Source: a virus (Duplodnaviria > Caudoviricetes). From it: 64,000 nucleotides of DNA. This document shows, in pieces, positions 10,533-21,843 of the stretch (positions within the stretch are counted from its first letter, which is position 1; the number at the start of each line of letters is the position of its first letter). A program made the position numbers and the translations under genes. Below the pieces are notes generated by a model. That model was not told the origin of the DNA, ran no database searches, and was given only the letters and a program-made list of their open reading frames with translations. The stretch lies in the IMG/VR virus record IMGVR_UViG_3300028805_000048. The stretch is one strand, 5' to 3'.

Positions 10533-13500
10533 ATGAAATTAGATAATATAATTTATGACGTAGATTCACTTAAAGTTGCAATCGCTGAGCAGTGGAGTGC
10601 TGATTCAGAAGTATTTGCTTCTATATATCCATCTGATACAGCTACAGCTTTGATAAACGGTATGGCTGCATATGGTTCTATGCTGCAATATACCATTGTT
10701 TCATGTCTTGCTAACTGCTATACATCAACAGCTTTTTCTGATGCTGCTGTTTATCAGTTGGCAGATACATTGGGAAATGATTTACATGGTAACGTGTCTA
10801 GTCAAGTAATTGTTAACATTATAAAAAACAATTTAAAAGAAGAAAACTTGACGATTCCACAATATAGTACGTTCGTTATAGGTGGTAAAAAATTCTTTAA
10901 TCCATATGAAATAATTCTTCCTGCTAATGTTCCGTTTGTACATACAATTACTCTTGTTCAAGGTGAAATAATTGAAGTAAATAAAACTACATCTGGTATA
11001 GCAAATGAAAAGTTTTATTTTTCTTCAGAATTTAAAGCATCTCCACACTATATTCGTGTTTTCATAAATGATGAAGAATGGAATGTTGTCGAATCATTTT
11101 TGCAATATGATAAATCTTATGTATTATCTCCAGAAGATATGAATTCTGTCATTTTAAAAACAGATCCTGATGGTAGAGCTTATATAAAAGTCGGTAATGG
11201 TCAATTAGGTACATTACCTATGAGTGGAAGCGTTATTCAAATAAAATATTGCTCAAATGATGGTAAAGATGGTAATATTGATGAAAAAGGCGCAGAAGGT
11301 GTTTTAGAATCACAGTTAGTATATACTGATAGATATGGTAATCAACAAACGTTGGATGTTACTGTTGTTACAACGACTACTGCTTATGGTGGTTTTTCTA
11401 AACAATCTGTAGAAACATTACGTCTTACATCACCTTGGGTATTTGCTTCCGGTCATAGAGCGATTAGACGTCAAGATTATAATGCTCTTTTACAAAATCA
11501 ATGTGGTTATATAACTTCACAAGTTTGGGGTGAATATGAAGAAGCTAATAGAATAGGTGCATATGATCATTTGATGATGAATATGGTTTATTATACTGGT
11601 ATAAAGAACTTTAGAGATTATCCATATTTTAAATTAGATACAATAACTAATCCTACAGCATATACAGGTGCTTTATACAGTAATTCTGGATTTTATGGGT
11701 CTTATAATTTAAGATTATCTAATTTGGTTGGTTCAAGAAATGACATATATGTACAAGATACAGGTGCTCAAGGTTGGTTATTTATAAACGATAATGATCA
11801 AGATCCACGCGATAGTCTTTTACCAGATTGGATAGCTAGTGAAAATAGGTATTATAGAAACATCATAACGTTTGATCCAAGTGATTCACAATCAGGAACA
11901 AGTGGCGGTTTAAATTATAAAGTAAACGATGAATTATGGATAAATGTTACTGTACCAGCTTCTGGAGGAACAATACCAACAACAACAATACAAACTAATT
12001 GTTTGGTACGTGTAAAAGAAATAGATTCAAATGGTAAGGTATTAAAGATAGAATTATTAACTAAAGCTAGTTCAGAAAGATATAACATTGTTGAAACTTC
12101 TACATTTTCAACAACTTATTATAAAGGTATATCTCAACAAGGTGTAGGATTAGTTGTAAAATTATCACAAGAACAATATGATGATTCTAATTTGATTACT
12201 ACTAATGATTTTGAATATACTGAAGAAGAATTAGAAAATCCTTTAATAAATGCTCGTTCTGATAAACCTAATGGAGAAGATACATTTTATAGAAGCATTT
12301 TTCATCCGACATTACAATATCCAGTTCAAATTAGAATAAATTATAATGAATCAAAGACAATAACCGGTATAAAATTTAAAGCAACAAATCCAAGAAATGG
12401 TACATTTATTGGTACAATTGCTATGTTTGGAAGTAACGGTATTGATAATGGTCAAGGTGGTACAAATCCTCCTTCTTATGTAAATGTTAGAAATAATTCA
12501 GAAGATTGGACTTGCATCATTAATAGAAAAGAATTAAGTACACCTTATAATTCGGAAAACGATAATGATTGCTGGAGCAATTGGATTGCAACATCATGTT
12601 TCTTGAACGATCAAGGAGAAACTGAAAAAGATGCAAATGGTGATCCAAAATTAAAAGAATATAAATATTACGTTATTGAATTTTATTCAACAGAAAACAA
12701 CAGTGAAGAAGATTCTAAAATAACATTTGATTCAATGAAAGTTTTATATTCAGATAATACGTCATTGATTTTTTATACAGAAAATGGTGAAATAAGGCTT
12801 AATTTACCTACAGCTGGTGATCCTGGTCCAGGTACAGAAGATGGTTATATTGAAAACAGTTTAATAACTAGTAAAAATTATCCTTTATATAATTATGGAA
12901 TTACATTAGCTGGTATTACAAAAGCCAATGGATATGAAGATAATGATATACTTGTATATAAATCAACAAATGGATCAATATTTAGAATAAAAGTTGTATC
13001 TATTGCCAATGAAGAATACTTAATGAGTGTAAACGGCAGTGAAGTATTAGTTGGTAACGATAATGTTCAAATGGCTTCTAATCAACCAGTTTCATTTGGT
13101 GATAATAAAATATATACATATACTCTTGATCCAATCACAAATCAACCAATTGTTGGTAACGGTGGTTCTGGGTATAAAGTCAACGATGTAGTATATATCG
13201 CAAGAACAGATCCAGATCAAATAGCTAGATTAGGTGAAAAAACTGATTTGAGTTTAAGAGTTGCTGCAGTTGATAGTTCTGGTGCTGTTTTAGCTTTAAC
13301 TTGGTTAAACAATGAATTATTAGATGAAGAATTAGATAAAGTAATTAACTATAGTGTATCGCCAACAATAACCGATGGTGAAGGAGTAAACTTAAAATTA
13401 GTTGTTGTTTCTAAACCTGGAACACTTGGTACACAAGGAACAATATTGATAAAGTCATCATATAATATAGAAGTTAATGCTAATTTCAAAGGTGATAGAA

Positions 13501-13880
13501 TAAATACAGCTGATGTAAATTATTATGATGAACCGATAATTAAAAAATTCAATCATTTCACAACATATCTTGAATTTATACAACCAGAAATGCATAATGT
13601 TAATATTCATGCACAAGTAGCAATTAAGAAAAATTCACAAATAGCTTCTGGAATAGTTCTTCAAAATGTTCGTACAAACATTCAAAAATTATTTGAAATA
13701 ACTCCAGATTATATGGGTAAAGATCTTAAATTGTCTGATATTTATAAAGCTATTACAGGTACAGAATATGTATCTTGGTGTAAAGTTTTAAAACCATTAG
13801 ATAATCAAAATATAAACGCAAATGAAATTATGATTTGTCAAGATATTATTTTAGATGAAGTACAGGATATATATGAGTAA
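10533..13880 (+). CDS. Baseplate wedge protein (gp6/J-like) with inserted domains
   Basis: LADTLG, GNGQLGTLP, RAIRRQDY, VWGE gp6 motifs; central insertion with discoidin-like segment and GGxxYKVND repeats. Confidence 0.85.
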   Translation: MKLDNIIYDVDSLKVAIAEQWSADSEVFASIYPSDTATALINGMAAYGSMLQYTIVSCLANCYTSTAFSDAAVYQLADTLGNDLHGNVSSQVIVNIIKNNLKEENLTIPQYSTFVIGGKKFFNPYEIILPANVPFVHTITLVQGEIIEVNKTTSGIANEKFYFSSEFKASPHYIRVFINDEEWNVVESFLQYDKSYVLSPEDMNSVILKTDPDGRAYIKVGNGQLGTLPMSGSVIQIKYCSNDGKDGNIDEKGAEGVLESQLVYTDRYGNQQTLDVTVVTTTTAYGGFSKQSVETLRLTSPWVFASGHRAIRRQDYNALLQNQCGYITSQVWGEYEEANRIGAYDHLMMNMVYYTGIKNFRDYPYFKLDTITNPTAYTGALYSNSGFYGSYNLRLSNLVGSRNDIYVQDTGAQGWLFINDNDQDPRDSLLPDWIASENRYYRNIITFDPSDSQSGTSGGLNYKVNDELWINVTVPASGGTIPTTTIQTNCLVRVKEIDSNGKVLKIELLTKASSERYNIVETSTFSTTYYKGISQQGVGLVVKLSQEQYDDSNLITTNDFEYTEEELENPLINARSDKPNGEDTFYRSIFHPTLQYPVQIRINYNESKTITGIKFKATNPRNGTFIGTIAMFGSNGIDNGQGGTNPPSYVNVRNNSEDWTCIINRKELSTPYNSENDNDCWSNWIATSCFLNDQGETEKDANGDPKLKEYKYYVIEFYSTENNSEEDSKITFDSMKVLYSDNTSLIFYTENGEIRLNLPTAGDPGPGTEDGYIENSLITSKNYPLYNYGITLAGITKANGYEDNDILVYKSTNGSIFRIKVVSIANEEYLMSVNGSEVLVGNDNVQMASNQPVSFGDNKIYTYTLDPITNQPIVGNGGSGYKVNDVVYIARTDPDQIARLGEKTDLSLRVAAVDSSGAVLALTWLNNELLDEELDKVINYSVSPTITDGEGVNLKLVVVSKPGTLGTQGTILIKSSYNIEVNANFKGDRINTADVNYYDEPIIKKFNHFTTYLEFIQPEMHNVNIHAQVAIKKNSQIASGIVLQNVRTNIQKLFEITPDYMGKDLKLSDIYKAITGTEYVSWCKVLKPLDNQNINANEIMICQDIILDEVQDIYE

Positions 13881-16701
13881 TACTGTTAATGATATAAATA
13901 AAATATATTGTGATAGTCCTATTTCTGTTAGACACATTAATATGACATCTTTGCTATTTGTCGATGATAAAGTTGTATCAAAATCTAGATATTCTGTTAT
14001 AGATAGTTATATAAATTTATTAGATGTTGCAGAAAAAGATATATGTCTTTATCAACATCGAGGATCTTCTAATTATTATGAATATCGCATGAATTTAAAA
14101 GAATTATCTACTATATCAGGTAGAGATATTTATGGAAATACTTTACAAAATATTACAAAAACAAATCATATATTGTTTATAAATGGATTAAAAATACAAC
14201 AATCTGCTTATACGATTGATACAGAAAATAACACAATAACATTAAATGTAATATTTCCTAATGAAGAAATATCAACAATCATAATTTATACTTCAGATAG
14301 TATGCAATATATGGGGAAAGTTAATGCTATCGATGAAGAAACTGGTGGATATAAAAGAGATTGGAATTTAGAAAAACATTCATTTAAATTAGATGATTAT
14401 ACATATCTTCGTTATATATTTTTTAAAAATGGTGAAGTTTTAACACGTGATTACATTCACAAAATAAGAGATGTCGTAACACTTAATACAGAATTAAATA
14501 TTCGCATAAATCCAGAAACTGGTGAAAAATATATGGTTGATGACATTGATTATTATATGTTACCAATTGATACAGAAAATGTAATATTCAATGCTGATCC
14601 TGGATATTTTTCATATGGTCCAAAGGATAATCTTGATTTACCTGTTCCAGAAGTTCATGATGCTGAAGTAACATTTCAATCAATTGTAAGATTAGCAATA
14701 GATGATGTTAGAAAAGGTTTCTTCATAAGAGAAGCCGATGGTGATGGTTGTGTTATGATTTCTGGTGAGAATTTTGAAACAAAAACAGCTTATTGTACAA
14801 CAATAAAGAAATTTTCTAAAGAATCATATTCTAAAAATGAATATTTTGTTCAAGTTCCTAATGCTAAATCTATTTTGAAATATATATCAGAATATGATTT
14901 GAATAAAATGCTTATGCCTGAAATATTAGGCAGTTTTCAAAAATTATTACTTGATGAAACATATGATAGTGTTCAACGTTTAAAAAATTCAAGAAGTATA
15001 AATTATGTTGATTCTACTGAAATAAACAAGTTAATTAGATTTATGGGATTAGATATAAATCTTACAAATATAGATTTAGAAAAAAAGCACGCTTTATTAG
15101 AAGAATTAACAAACTTCTATAACATTGTTGGTACACGTGAATCATATAATTTTTATAATATCACAAACAATACTGGTAAAATAGTAAATATCGATCAATT
15201 ATTTACTCCAATTAAAGATTACACTGATACTGAAACATTGGATAGTGCTAGAAGGTATGTTGATTTTAGAACAGCAGAAGAATTAGGCGCAGTAACAAAA
15301 ACACGTTATGAATATCCTTTTTATGATTTAGGTCAAGTAGATATTTTAGCAAATCCAGATGATTCATTTACAAATCAACCAAGAGATGAAGGAATATTAA
15401 ATTACACTGGATACAAAATAATAGGCGAACCATTAATCGATTCTAGAGATAGAATAAGTGGTTTTACAAAAAATGATTATATAGAATTAAATGATATTTT
15501 TGATCCTAGTGAAAAAAACTTTAAAGTTATGATTAAGTTTAAAACTCCAAATAATGTTGCTACTGGATCAGATCAAGCTTTGTTTGAAGCTAATGGAAAT
15601 ATAAATTATTGTGGATTAATCGTTTATATAAGAAGTAATGGACACTTAGCATTTAATTTTCCAAAAGAAGACATGTCAGGTTGGTATGGTGGAGTAACTT
15701 CAAGTTTCATTCTGAAACCAAATACTTGGTATTGGGTAATTGTAGAAAGAATAGATAAAAAAATAACAAGTTATTATTCTATTAACGGAAGAGATTATAT
15801 AATTATAGGTTCAAAAACTTTAACAGACAACTTTGTTATGCCTACGTTCAATTATACACGTATAGGCGTTAGAAAAAATACAATAACAGATAAAATTTCT
15901 AATATTTATAATGGTATAATAGATTTAAACGAATATTATATTTACATCGATGATTCTTTGTATTGGACAGCGATACCAACAGGATTACCTGCTACATTAT
16001 CTCATACAAGTAATGTTGTTGTTAACTTGATTAAGAAAAAACTTATTGTTTATAAATTAAGTAGTAGTAATGAACAATACGTTGGATATGTATGTGAAAA
16101 TGATAAAATATACAATGATAATAAAATAGAAATAGGTTATGTTACTGGTGAAAATCATGATATTCCACACATAGAAAACATGACTGAATATGAATTAATA
16201 GATATTGATCCTGGTGAAGAATTAAATGTAAATGAACTTTTATTAAATGTAAATGTCGAAAAATATACACCTGTAAACAGATATATAATTGAGCCAGTAG
16301 CTGGTCCTAATAAACCAACAATGGATTTTGGTTATATAAATGAAGAAGCAACAAGCTTTTATGATTTTGGTTATGTATCAGATACGATAAAAGGACAATG
16401 GATTTCATGGACAGAATGGGATAGACCTAAAAATTGGTATCCAACAAATCATGTTGATGTAGCCGTTCAAATTCCACCAACGATAGACTATAAGACATTT
16501 ATGACAGAGTTTAAAAATACTTTTTATGATATAGCTAGCGCAGTTCTATATATACATAGTATCATTGAAGTTTATACATTTGGTGATGAAAATCCATCTG
16601 GAGTAGGCGCTAATTTTGGTATATTAACTACACCAACTTACTATACGTATGAATGGGCATTCACAAATGATCCAAGAAGACAAGATTATCGATATGATTA
16701 A
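13873..16701 (+). CDS. Baseplate wedge protein (gp7/I-like) with LamG-like insert
   Basis: Follows gp6; FYNIVGTRESY motif; LKPNTWYWV...RIG...YNGIID LamG-like block; ATG 13873 preferred over the track start 13855. Confidence 0.6.
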   Translation: MSNTVNDINKIYCDSPISVRHINMTSLLFVDDKVVSKSRYSVIDSYINLLDVAEKDICLYQHRGSSNYYEYRMNLKELSTISGRDIYGNTLQNITKTNHILFINGLKIQQSAYTIDTENNTITLNVIFPNEEISTIIIYTSDSMQYMGKVNAIDEETGGYKRDWNLEKHSFKLDDYTYLRYIFFKNGEVLTRDYIHKIRDVVTLNTELNIRINPETGEKYMVDDIDYYMLPIDTENVIFNADPGYFSYGPKDNLDLPVPEVHDAEVTFQSIVRLAIDDVRKGFFIREADGDGCVMISGENFETKTAYCTTIKKFSKESYSKNEYFVQVPNAKSILKYISEYDLNKMLMPEILGSFQKLLLDETYDSVQRLKNSRSINYVDSTEINKLIRFMGLDINLTNIDLEKKHALLEELTNFYNIVGTRESYNFYNITNNTGKIVNIDQLFTPIKDYTDTETLDSARRYVDFRTAEELGAVTKTRYEYPFYDLGQVDILANPDDSFTNQPRDEGILNYTGYKIIGEPLIDSRDRISGFTKNDYIELNDIFDPSEKNFKVMIKFKTPNNVATGSDQALFEANGNINYCGLIVYIRSNGHLAFNFPKEDMSGWYGGVTSSFILKPNTWYWVIVERIDKKITSYYSINGRDYIIIGSKTLTDNFVMPTFNYTRIGVRKNTITDKISNIYNGIIDLNEYYIYIDDSLYWTAIPTGLPATLSHTSNVVVNLIKKKLIVYKLSSSNEQYVGYVCENDKIYNDNKIEIGYVTGENHDIPHIENMTEYELIDIDPGEELNVNELLLNVNVEKYTPVNRYIIEPVAGPNKPTMDFGYINEEATSFYDFGYVSDTIKGQWISWTEWDRPKNWYPTNHVDVAVQIPPTIDYKTFMTEFKNTFYDIASAVLYIHSIIEVYTFGDENPSGVGANFGILTTPTYYTYEWAFTNDPRRQDYRYD

Positions 16702-16715
16702 TAGGATTTATATAA

Positions 16716-18992
16716 ATGATTGTAAGTAGAGATAAATTAATACAATATTCAATTCCAGAACAATTTTATTTTGCAAGACGTGTTGGTGAAGGTTCTCCAA
16801 TCAGTCGTGATGAATATTTTAATAACAATCCTATTCAATTAGTAAAATCGGCTTATTGTGCTATAGGTAATGATACTGATGGTTGGGAACTAGAAATGTA
16901 TAATGGTGTTAACTGGGTAGTAGTTACACCTGAAGAATCATATTCGTTAACAATAACAAATGATGGACTTGCCGCTTTAACTAATGTTAAACAAGGTACA
17001 ACTCAATTAAAATTCAGTGGTTTAAAAATAATTGATCAAACAATTCTTAATCCAGCAACACCTCTCATTCAATGGACAGATACAACATTTTTAGCTGCTG
17101 GTAATGTTGTGTTTTCTGTAGGAACAAGAGGAGCAGCTCATAGCAATCCTGAAGAATTAAAACATCTTTTAAGATGGCGTTTTAATTCTTCTTCTGGTGG
17201 TTTACAATATATATTAACGTTACCAGCTGATGGTCTAGGATCTACAGCTGATGATAGAAGTAGTACATGGAATATTGGTGCAATTGGTTTATATGTAAAA
17301 GATCCAGATGATCAAACTACCGATGTATTATTTGCTGTTGCAACATTACCAGAATTGGTAACAAAGCATGCATCTACTATAGAAATGATTGGTAATACAA
17401 TTAAATTGTATTTTAATACGATATTAACTAACTTAGGCGTTGTATCAAATTTAAATGTGTTAGCAGATAATGATGTTAGTTTACCTGAAGTACAAAATGA
17501 AACTTTATTAACTTATCCAATAGATGCTGAACAAGATCCAAACAACTGTTATTTAGTAAATAATTTATATGGAACAAATATTCCAGCTTTAGCAATTAAA
17601 AAAACAATTGATGCTTCTAGTGATTCTGAATGGATATACATTCAACCTAGTGATAATTTTACAATTTTACCAGCTGAAGCTTTTGATCAATCAGTAAACA
17701 ATTATGATTTTGTATATTGGGATGCAACTGCAGAAAAATATAAATTAGCTGAAGGTAAAACTAATTCTACAGAAAACAATGAAAAAATGCCTATAGGTAT
17801 ACGTGTTGGTAATTCAATTGTTTATACAGGTGTTGTCACAAACACGTCTACTTCATACGAATATTCAATTGATTTAATTTCAAGCGGTACAAATTATAGA
17901 GATAGTGATGAATTATTAATAGCTGTTAACGGTGCACTTACTTTTAAGGTAATAGTAAATAGTATTCAACCTGACGGTGGTATTAATGGATTTACATTAA
18001 TTGGTCCTACTGTAGGTGATTTAGAAATACCTGGTGGAGAAATCACTTTACCTGCTATATATGATCCAAGATCTCAATTGCCTAGAGATGGATATAACGC
18101 TAGATTTAAAGTAACTAGTACAAGAATTCCTAGTTCTCAATGGAATTTTCCAGCGTCGTGGTTAAATAAACCTTTATATTGTAGTTGGAATAATGATCCT
18201 GTGCATACAAGTAATCCACAGTTAGGTGGTGAAGGTAAACCAACAATTACTGAAACAGATAGTATGGTTGGATGGTGTATATCTTCAAATGCTATAAAAC
18301 TTGGCTTTGATGTAAGAAATGAAGCAACAACTACTAAATATGGTACAGTAAGGTATGCTACTAATGCTGAAGTTAAAGAAGTTTTAACTAATTCTCAAGC
18401 AAATTATACAACAGCAATTTGTCCTAAGACATTAAACGATAACTATCTTCAAATAAGTAAACCTTCTAATACGAATCAAAAAGGTAGTTCAATCAATAAA
18501 CCAATAGAAGTAAACAGCTTTGTTAAATTCAAACAAACTGTTCTTGGAAAAAATACTGCTAGTTATGGCACAACATATATGAATGATGCGAACATAGATT
18601 TCTACGGTTGTTCATATCGTGCTTGGTATGCTGACTTAGCTGAATTTTATGAAGCTGATAAATATTATGAAGCAGGTACACTAATTAGTATCGGTGGTGT
18701 TAAAGAAATAACCGTTGCTAAAAATGAATGTAATGGTATAATTTCTACAAATCCTGGCTTTGAATTAGGTAATAAACTTTCTGATATGCATCTTCCAGTT
18801 GCTTTGGTAGGACGTGTTCCAGTTTTATTTGATGGTAATTGTATGCCTAAATTTGGAGATAAGATATATTTGTCTAAAATTATTCCTGGACGTGCTTCAA
18901 CTGTTCCAAATGGTAATTGTTTAGGTAAAATTGTGGCTAAAAGTTTTGGTACTAATAAATTAATAGAATGTATTATAAGAATAGATTTTTAA
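16716..18992 (+). CDS. Baseplate / short tail fibre protein with C-terminal chaperone-like domain
   Basis: ITNDGLAAL...IGAIGLY...LFAVA fibre N-terminus; C-terminal ADLAEFYEAD...GIISTNPG...PVALVGRVPV domain. Confidence 0.65.
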   Translation: MIVSRDKLIQYSIPEQFYFARRVGEGSPISRDEYFNNNPIQLVKSAYCAIGNDTDGWELEMYNGVNWVVVTPEESYSLTITNDGLAALTNVKQGTTQLKFSGLKIIDQTILNPATPLIQWTDTTFLAAGNVVFSVGTRGAAHSNPEELKHLLRWRFNSSSGGLQYILTLPADGLGSTADDRSSTWNIGAIGLYVKDPDDQTTDVLFAVATLPELVTKHASTIEMIGNTIKLYFNTILTNLGVVSNLNVLADNDVSLPEVQNETLLTYPIDAEQDPNNCYLVNNLYGTNIPALAIKKTIDASSDSEWIYIQPSDNFTILPAEAFDQSVNNYDFVYWDATAEKYKLAEGKTNSTENNEKMPIGIRVGNSIVYTGVVTNTSTSYEYSIDLISSGTNYRDSDELLIAVNGALTFKVIVNSIQPDGGINGFTLIGPTVGDLEIPGGEITLPAIYDPRSQLPRDGYNARFKVTSTRIPSSQWNFPASWLNKPLYCSWNNDPVHTSNPQLGGEGKPTITETDSMVGWCISSNAIKLGFDVRNEATTTKYGTVRYATNAEVKEVLTNSQANYTTAICPKTLNDNYLQISKPSNTNQKGSSINKPIEVNSFVKFKQTVLGKNTASYGTTYMNDANIDFYGCSYRAWYADLAEFYEADKYYEAGTLISIGGVKEITVAKNECNGIISTNPGFELGNKLSDMHLPVALVGRVPVLFDGNCMPKFGDKIYLSKIIPGRASTVPNGNCLGKIVAKSFGTNKLIECIIRIDF

Positions 18993-19005
18993 AGGATAAA
19001 CTATA

Positions 19006-20769
19006 ATGGCAAGTTATTCAGAAACAACAGCGATAAGAATTCGTCATGGAAATAAAAGCGAAAATGATAATTTTACAGGATTATCTGCTGAAGTTGTCGC
19101 TGATTTAGGCGAAGATAACACTGGTACTGATCAAAATACTACATTACGATTACATAATAGTATAAATCAAGGTGGTATTAAATTAGCTCGTGCTGATATG
19201 GCTAATGTCACAACTGAAACTTTAGCTAAAAATCGTCGTTTATTAGGTGATAAAAATCTTGCTTATGCTGATATGACTAACGTTAACACTGTTGATCTTG
19301 CTACAAAAGCTGATGAATTAGATGGACATGAAGGTAAAAATCTTGCATACGCTGATCTTAGTAATCTTAAAGATAATAAATTAGATCCAAATACACAAGA
19401 AGAAATCATAGATGATGTAGTAGAAGTATTAAATGATTATGGTTTAGCTACAAAAGTCGATTTGAATACAGAAATAACAGCTTTAGACAATAAAAAAGCA
19501 GAAAAAGATTTATCAAATGTTGATACAGCAGATCTTGCTAGTGGAGAAGGTGAACAAGGAAAGCATGCTGGTAAAAATCTTGCATATGCTGATATGAGTA
19601 ATGTAAGTACAGTCGATTTAGCTACATCAACAGGTCATGCTGGTACAAATTTAATGTATGTTTCTGCTTCTAATATTAATACAGCTGGTTGGAATAAATT
19701 AAGTACAAAATTACAAAATATAGACGATAGACAAAATGATATTAGCTCATCAGCACAAATAACTGATAGAACAAAAGCGTATCCGACAGTAAAAGCTGTT
19801 ACTGATTACGTAGATACAGCCGTTACACAAGAAGGTTTATTAAAGATAGACTTTAAAAATGCTAAAACTTGGGATCCTTTGGTAGATAGATCAAACATCG
19901 AATTTAGATTTTCTACAGATGTTGAAAATATAATTGCTGCTGGTACAGGTTTTACAACTATGATGACTTCTATATCTGGAACAAGTTATCAAGTACCTAC
20001 ATTGGCTCCAACAAATCTTACTGTTGGGAATACACCAATCAAATTAGCTGTTTATGAAATAAACGATGAACATAAACCAATCAGTTGGAGATTATATCCA
20101 GAATATGGTAAAACAAATATTTCAACTCAAACTATCAAATTCAAAACAAGTTTAGGTAAGACATTAGAAGGTACAATTAAAAGCATAGCACATCCAAGTG
20201 CATCTGGTGTATATCGTTATATCTTTACAATATCAGATAGAACAAAGATTCAAGAAAGTCCTGAATGGATAGGAACAAGAGTAGCAAATGATTTCGAATA
20301 CGTACCTTTATACGATTGTACAACAGCAATCAATGTAAATCAAAGTGTTTGTATTCAGATTAATAATGTTGATAGTAATGGTGCTATAACATCTTATTCA
20401 ATTGTTCCAAGCACATCAACCACAGCAATAGCTTCTAATAATCGTCCAGTATATCATCCAATATTAATTACAGAAGCAGTTCAAAGTGGTAACAACGGAA
20501 CAATTGCTATCTTTTCTGAAAATTGTATGCCAAACATTGGTGGTGCTGGTCTTTTAAAAGATGATTTCAGCAATTTGAGTGGTAACAGTGCTGTAGATAA
20601 AGCATCAGCTAAAGATGCTATTTGGAATATAAACAGAGAAAAACCAATGCCAGATATTTCTTTAACAACAATTGATGAATCAGAATATTATAGAATTTGT
20701 ACAATTGGACAAGTTTGGGATGCTCTACACGATTATGGTTCAACAAAAGTAACGATTAGAGATTGGTAA
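19006..20769 (+). CDS. Virion structural / tail fibre protein with KNLAYAD repeats
   Basis: IRIRHG...FTGLSAEVVAD...LRLH..GG N-terminus; three KNLAYAD(M/L) repeats plus variants. Confidence 0.6.
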   Translation: MASYSETTAIRIRHGNKSENDNFTGLSAEVVADLGEDNTGTDQNTTLRLHNSINQGGIKLARADMANVTTETLAKNRRLLGDKNLAYADMTNVNTVDLATKADELDGHEGKNLAYADLSNLKDNKLDPNTQEEIIDDVVEVLNDYGLATKVDLNTEITALDNKKAEKDLSNVDTADLASGEGEQGKHAGKNLAYADMSNVSTVDLATSTGHAGTNLMYVSASNINTAGWNKLSTKLQNIDDRQNDISSSAQITDRTKAYPTVKAVTDYVDTAVTQEGLLKIDFKNAKTWDPLVDRSNIEFRFSTDVENIIAAGTGFTTMMTSISGTSYQVPTLAPTNLTVGNTPIKLAVYEINDEHKPISWRLYPEYGKTNISTQTIKFKTSLGKTLEGTIKSIAHPSASGVYRYIFTISDRTKIQESPEWIGTRVANDFEYVPLYDCTTAINVNQSVCIQINNVDSNGAITSYSIVPSTSTTAIASNNRPVYHPILITEAVQSGNNGTIAIFSENCMPNIGGAGLLKDDFSNLSGNSAVDKASAKDAIWNINREKPMPDISLTTIDESEYYRICTIGQVWDALHDYGSTKVTIRDW

Positions 20770-20828
20770 ATTTTTTTAGTCTAGAATAACTAATTTTAAA
20801 TTCATTGTTCTTCCTCATAAAAAAGTAA

Positions 20829-20860
20829 AGAGCTTATTCTATGGTCAAAAAATGAGCTCT
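20829..20860. terminator. Hairpin between convergent operons (likely bidirectional terminator)
   Basis: AGAGCTTATT/AATGAGCTCT inverted repeat. Confidence 0.55.
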
Positions 20861-20881
20861 AATTTTATTAATATGTTAGAT

Positions 20882-21130
20882 TTAATTAGATTGATTTATA
20901 AGATCGTTTGTGATATGATTTTGAGCTTTTTCAGCAGCATCTTGTTTTTGGTAGCATATAATTATTTGTGTAAATGTTTTGTCACCAGCTAAGCAATCGT
21001 AGTCATAGTCAGTTTGAATAAACTTATTTGTAGAGATAACATTTGTAGTTTGTGTTGTACAACCTGAAATTGGTCCTAATATGATCAAATAAAGAGTTAA
21101 TAAACCTATGATTTTGCAAAATGTTTTCAT
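20882..21130 (-). CDS. Outer-membrane spanin (Rz1-like lipoprotein)
   Basis: Signal peptide with lipobox ISG-C; follows i-spanin-like gene. Confidence 0.7.
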   Translation of the reverse strand: MKTFCKIIGLLTLYLIILGPISGCTTQTTNVISTNKFIQTDYDYDCLAGDKTFTQIIICYQKQDAAEKAQNHITNDLINQSN

Positions 21131-21131
21131 A

Positions 21132-21446
21132 TTATTTAACCTTTCTAAAGTAATTTAATAGCTGCTGAGATGGCTTTACATCACCACAAGAATCAGAAGG
21201 AATGTTATTTAATATTTCTTTATATCTTTCTTCTACTTCTTTTATTTCTTTATTTTTTTGATTGTTATATTCATTTAGTTTATCGTTATCGATTTGTAAA
21301 GCTGTAATAGTTGCATTAGCATGAATCAATTCTGCATTTTTATTATCCAATTTTGTACATGTATTACGCCACATGAATCCACAAAAGCATAATCCTAAAA
21401 ATAAAACCAATATGATAATATATGGAATATAAGATTTATTAAACAT
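21132..21446 (-). CDS. Inner-membrane spanin (Rz-like)
   Basis: N-terminal TM, coiled coil, late Cys-x-x-x-x-Pro. Confidence 0.75.
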   Translation of the reverse strand: MFNKSYIPYIIILVLFLGLCFCGFMWRNTCTKLDNKNAELIHANATITALQIDNDKLNEYNNQKNKEIKEVEERYKEILNNIPSDSCGDVKPSQQLLNYFRKVK

Positions 21447-21448
21447 TA

Positions 21449-21838
21449 TTATTTATCCTTCTTTTTATGAGTTTTCTTTTTATAAATTCTTTTTGCTCTT
21501 TCTTTGACTTCTATTTCATGTCCTATCGCAGAAGAAGCTATGTGTTTTAATATAGCTTTAAATATGTCGCTGAAATAATCTAATATCGATACACCAACTA
21601 CGCCAGATACGCCTGCGCATGCTAATACCCAATTTTTATGATCAAAATCTGGTAAAAAAAGTCCAATTATTATACCAGAAAATGAAGCTGTAACCATAGT
21701 AGATATAAATCTTTTTATATTAAAACAAGATTCAAAATTTGATAATTCACGAGCTATGCCACCTAAACAGCTTAAAATTGCACACATACAGATCGCTAAG
21801 TATTCTGGTTCATGTCCTGTGTTATTATTCTCTATCAT
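21449..21838 (-). CDS. Holin (three-TM, LydA-like)
   Basis: Three Gly-rich hydrophobic helices, basic C-tail; upstream of spanins; start at MIENN preferred. Confidence 0.7.
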   Translation of the reverse strand: MIENNNTGHEPEYLAICMCAILSCLGGIARELSNFESCFNIKRFISTMVTASFSGIIIGLFLPDFDHKNWVLACAGVSGVVGVSILDYFSDIFKAILKHIASSAIGHEIEVKERAKRIYKKKTHKKKDK

Positions 21839-21843
21839 TTTAT

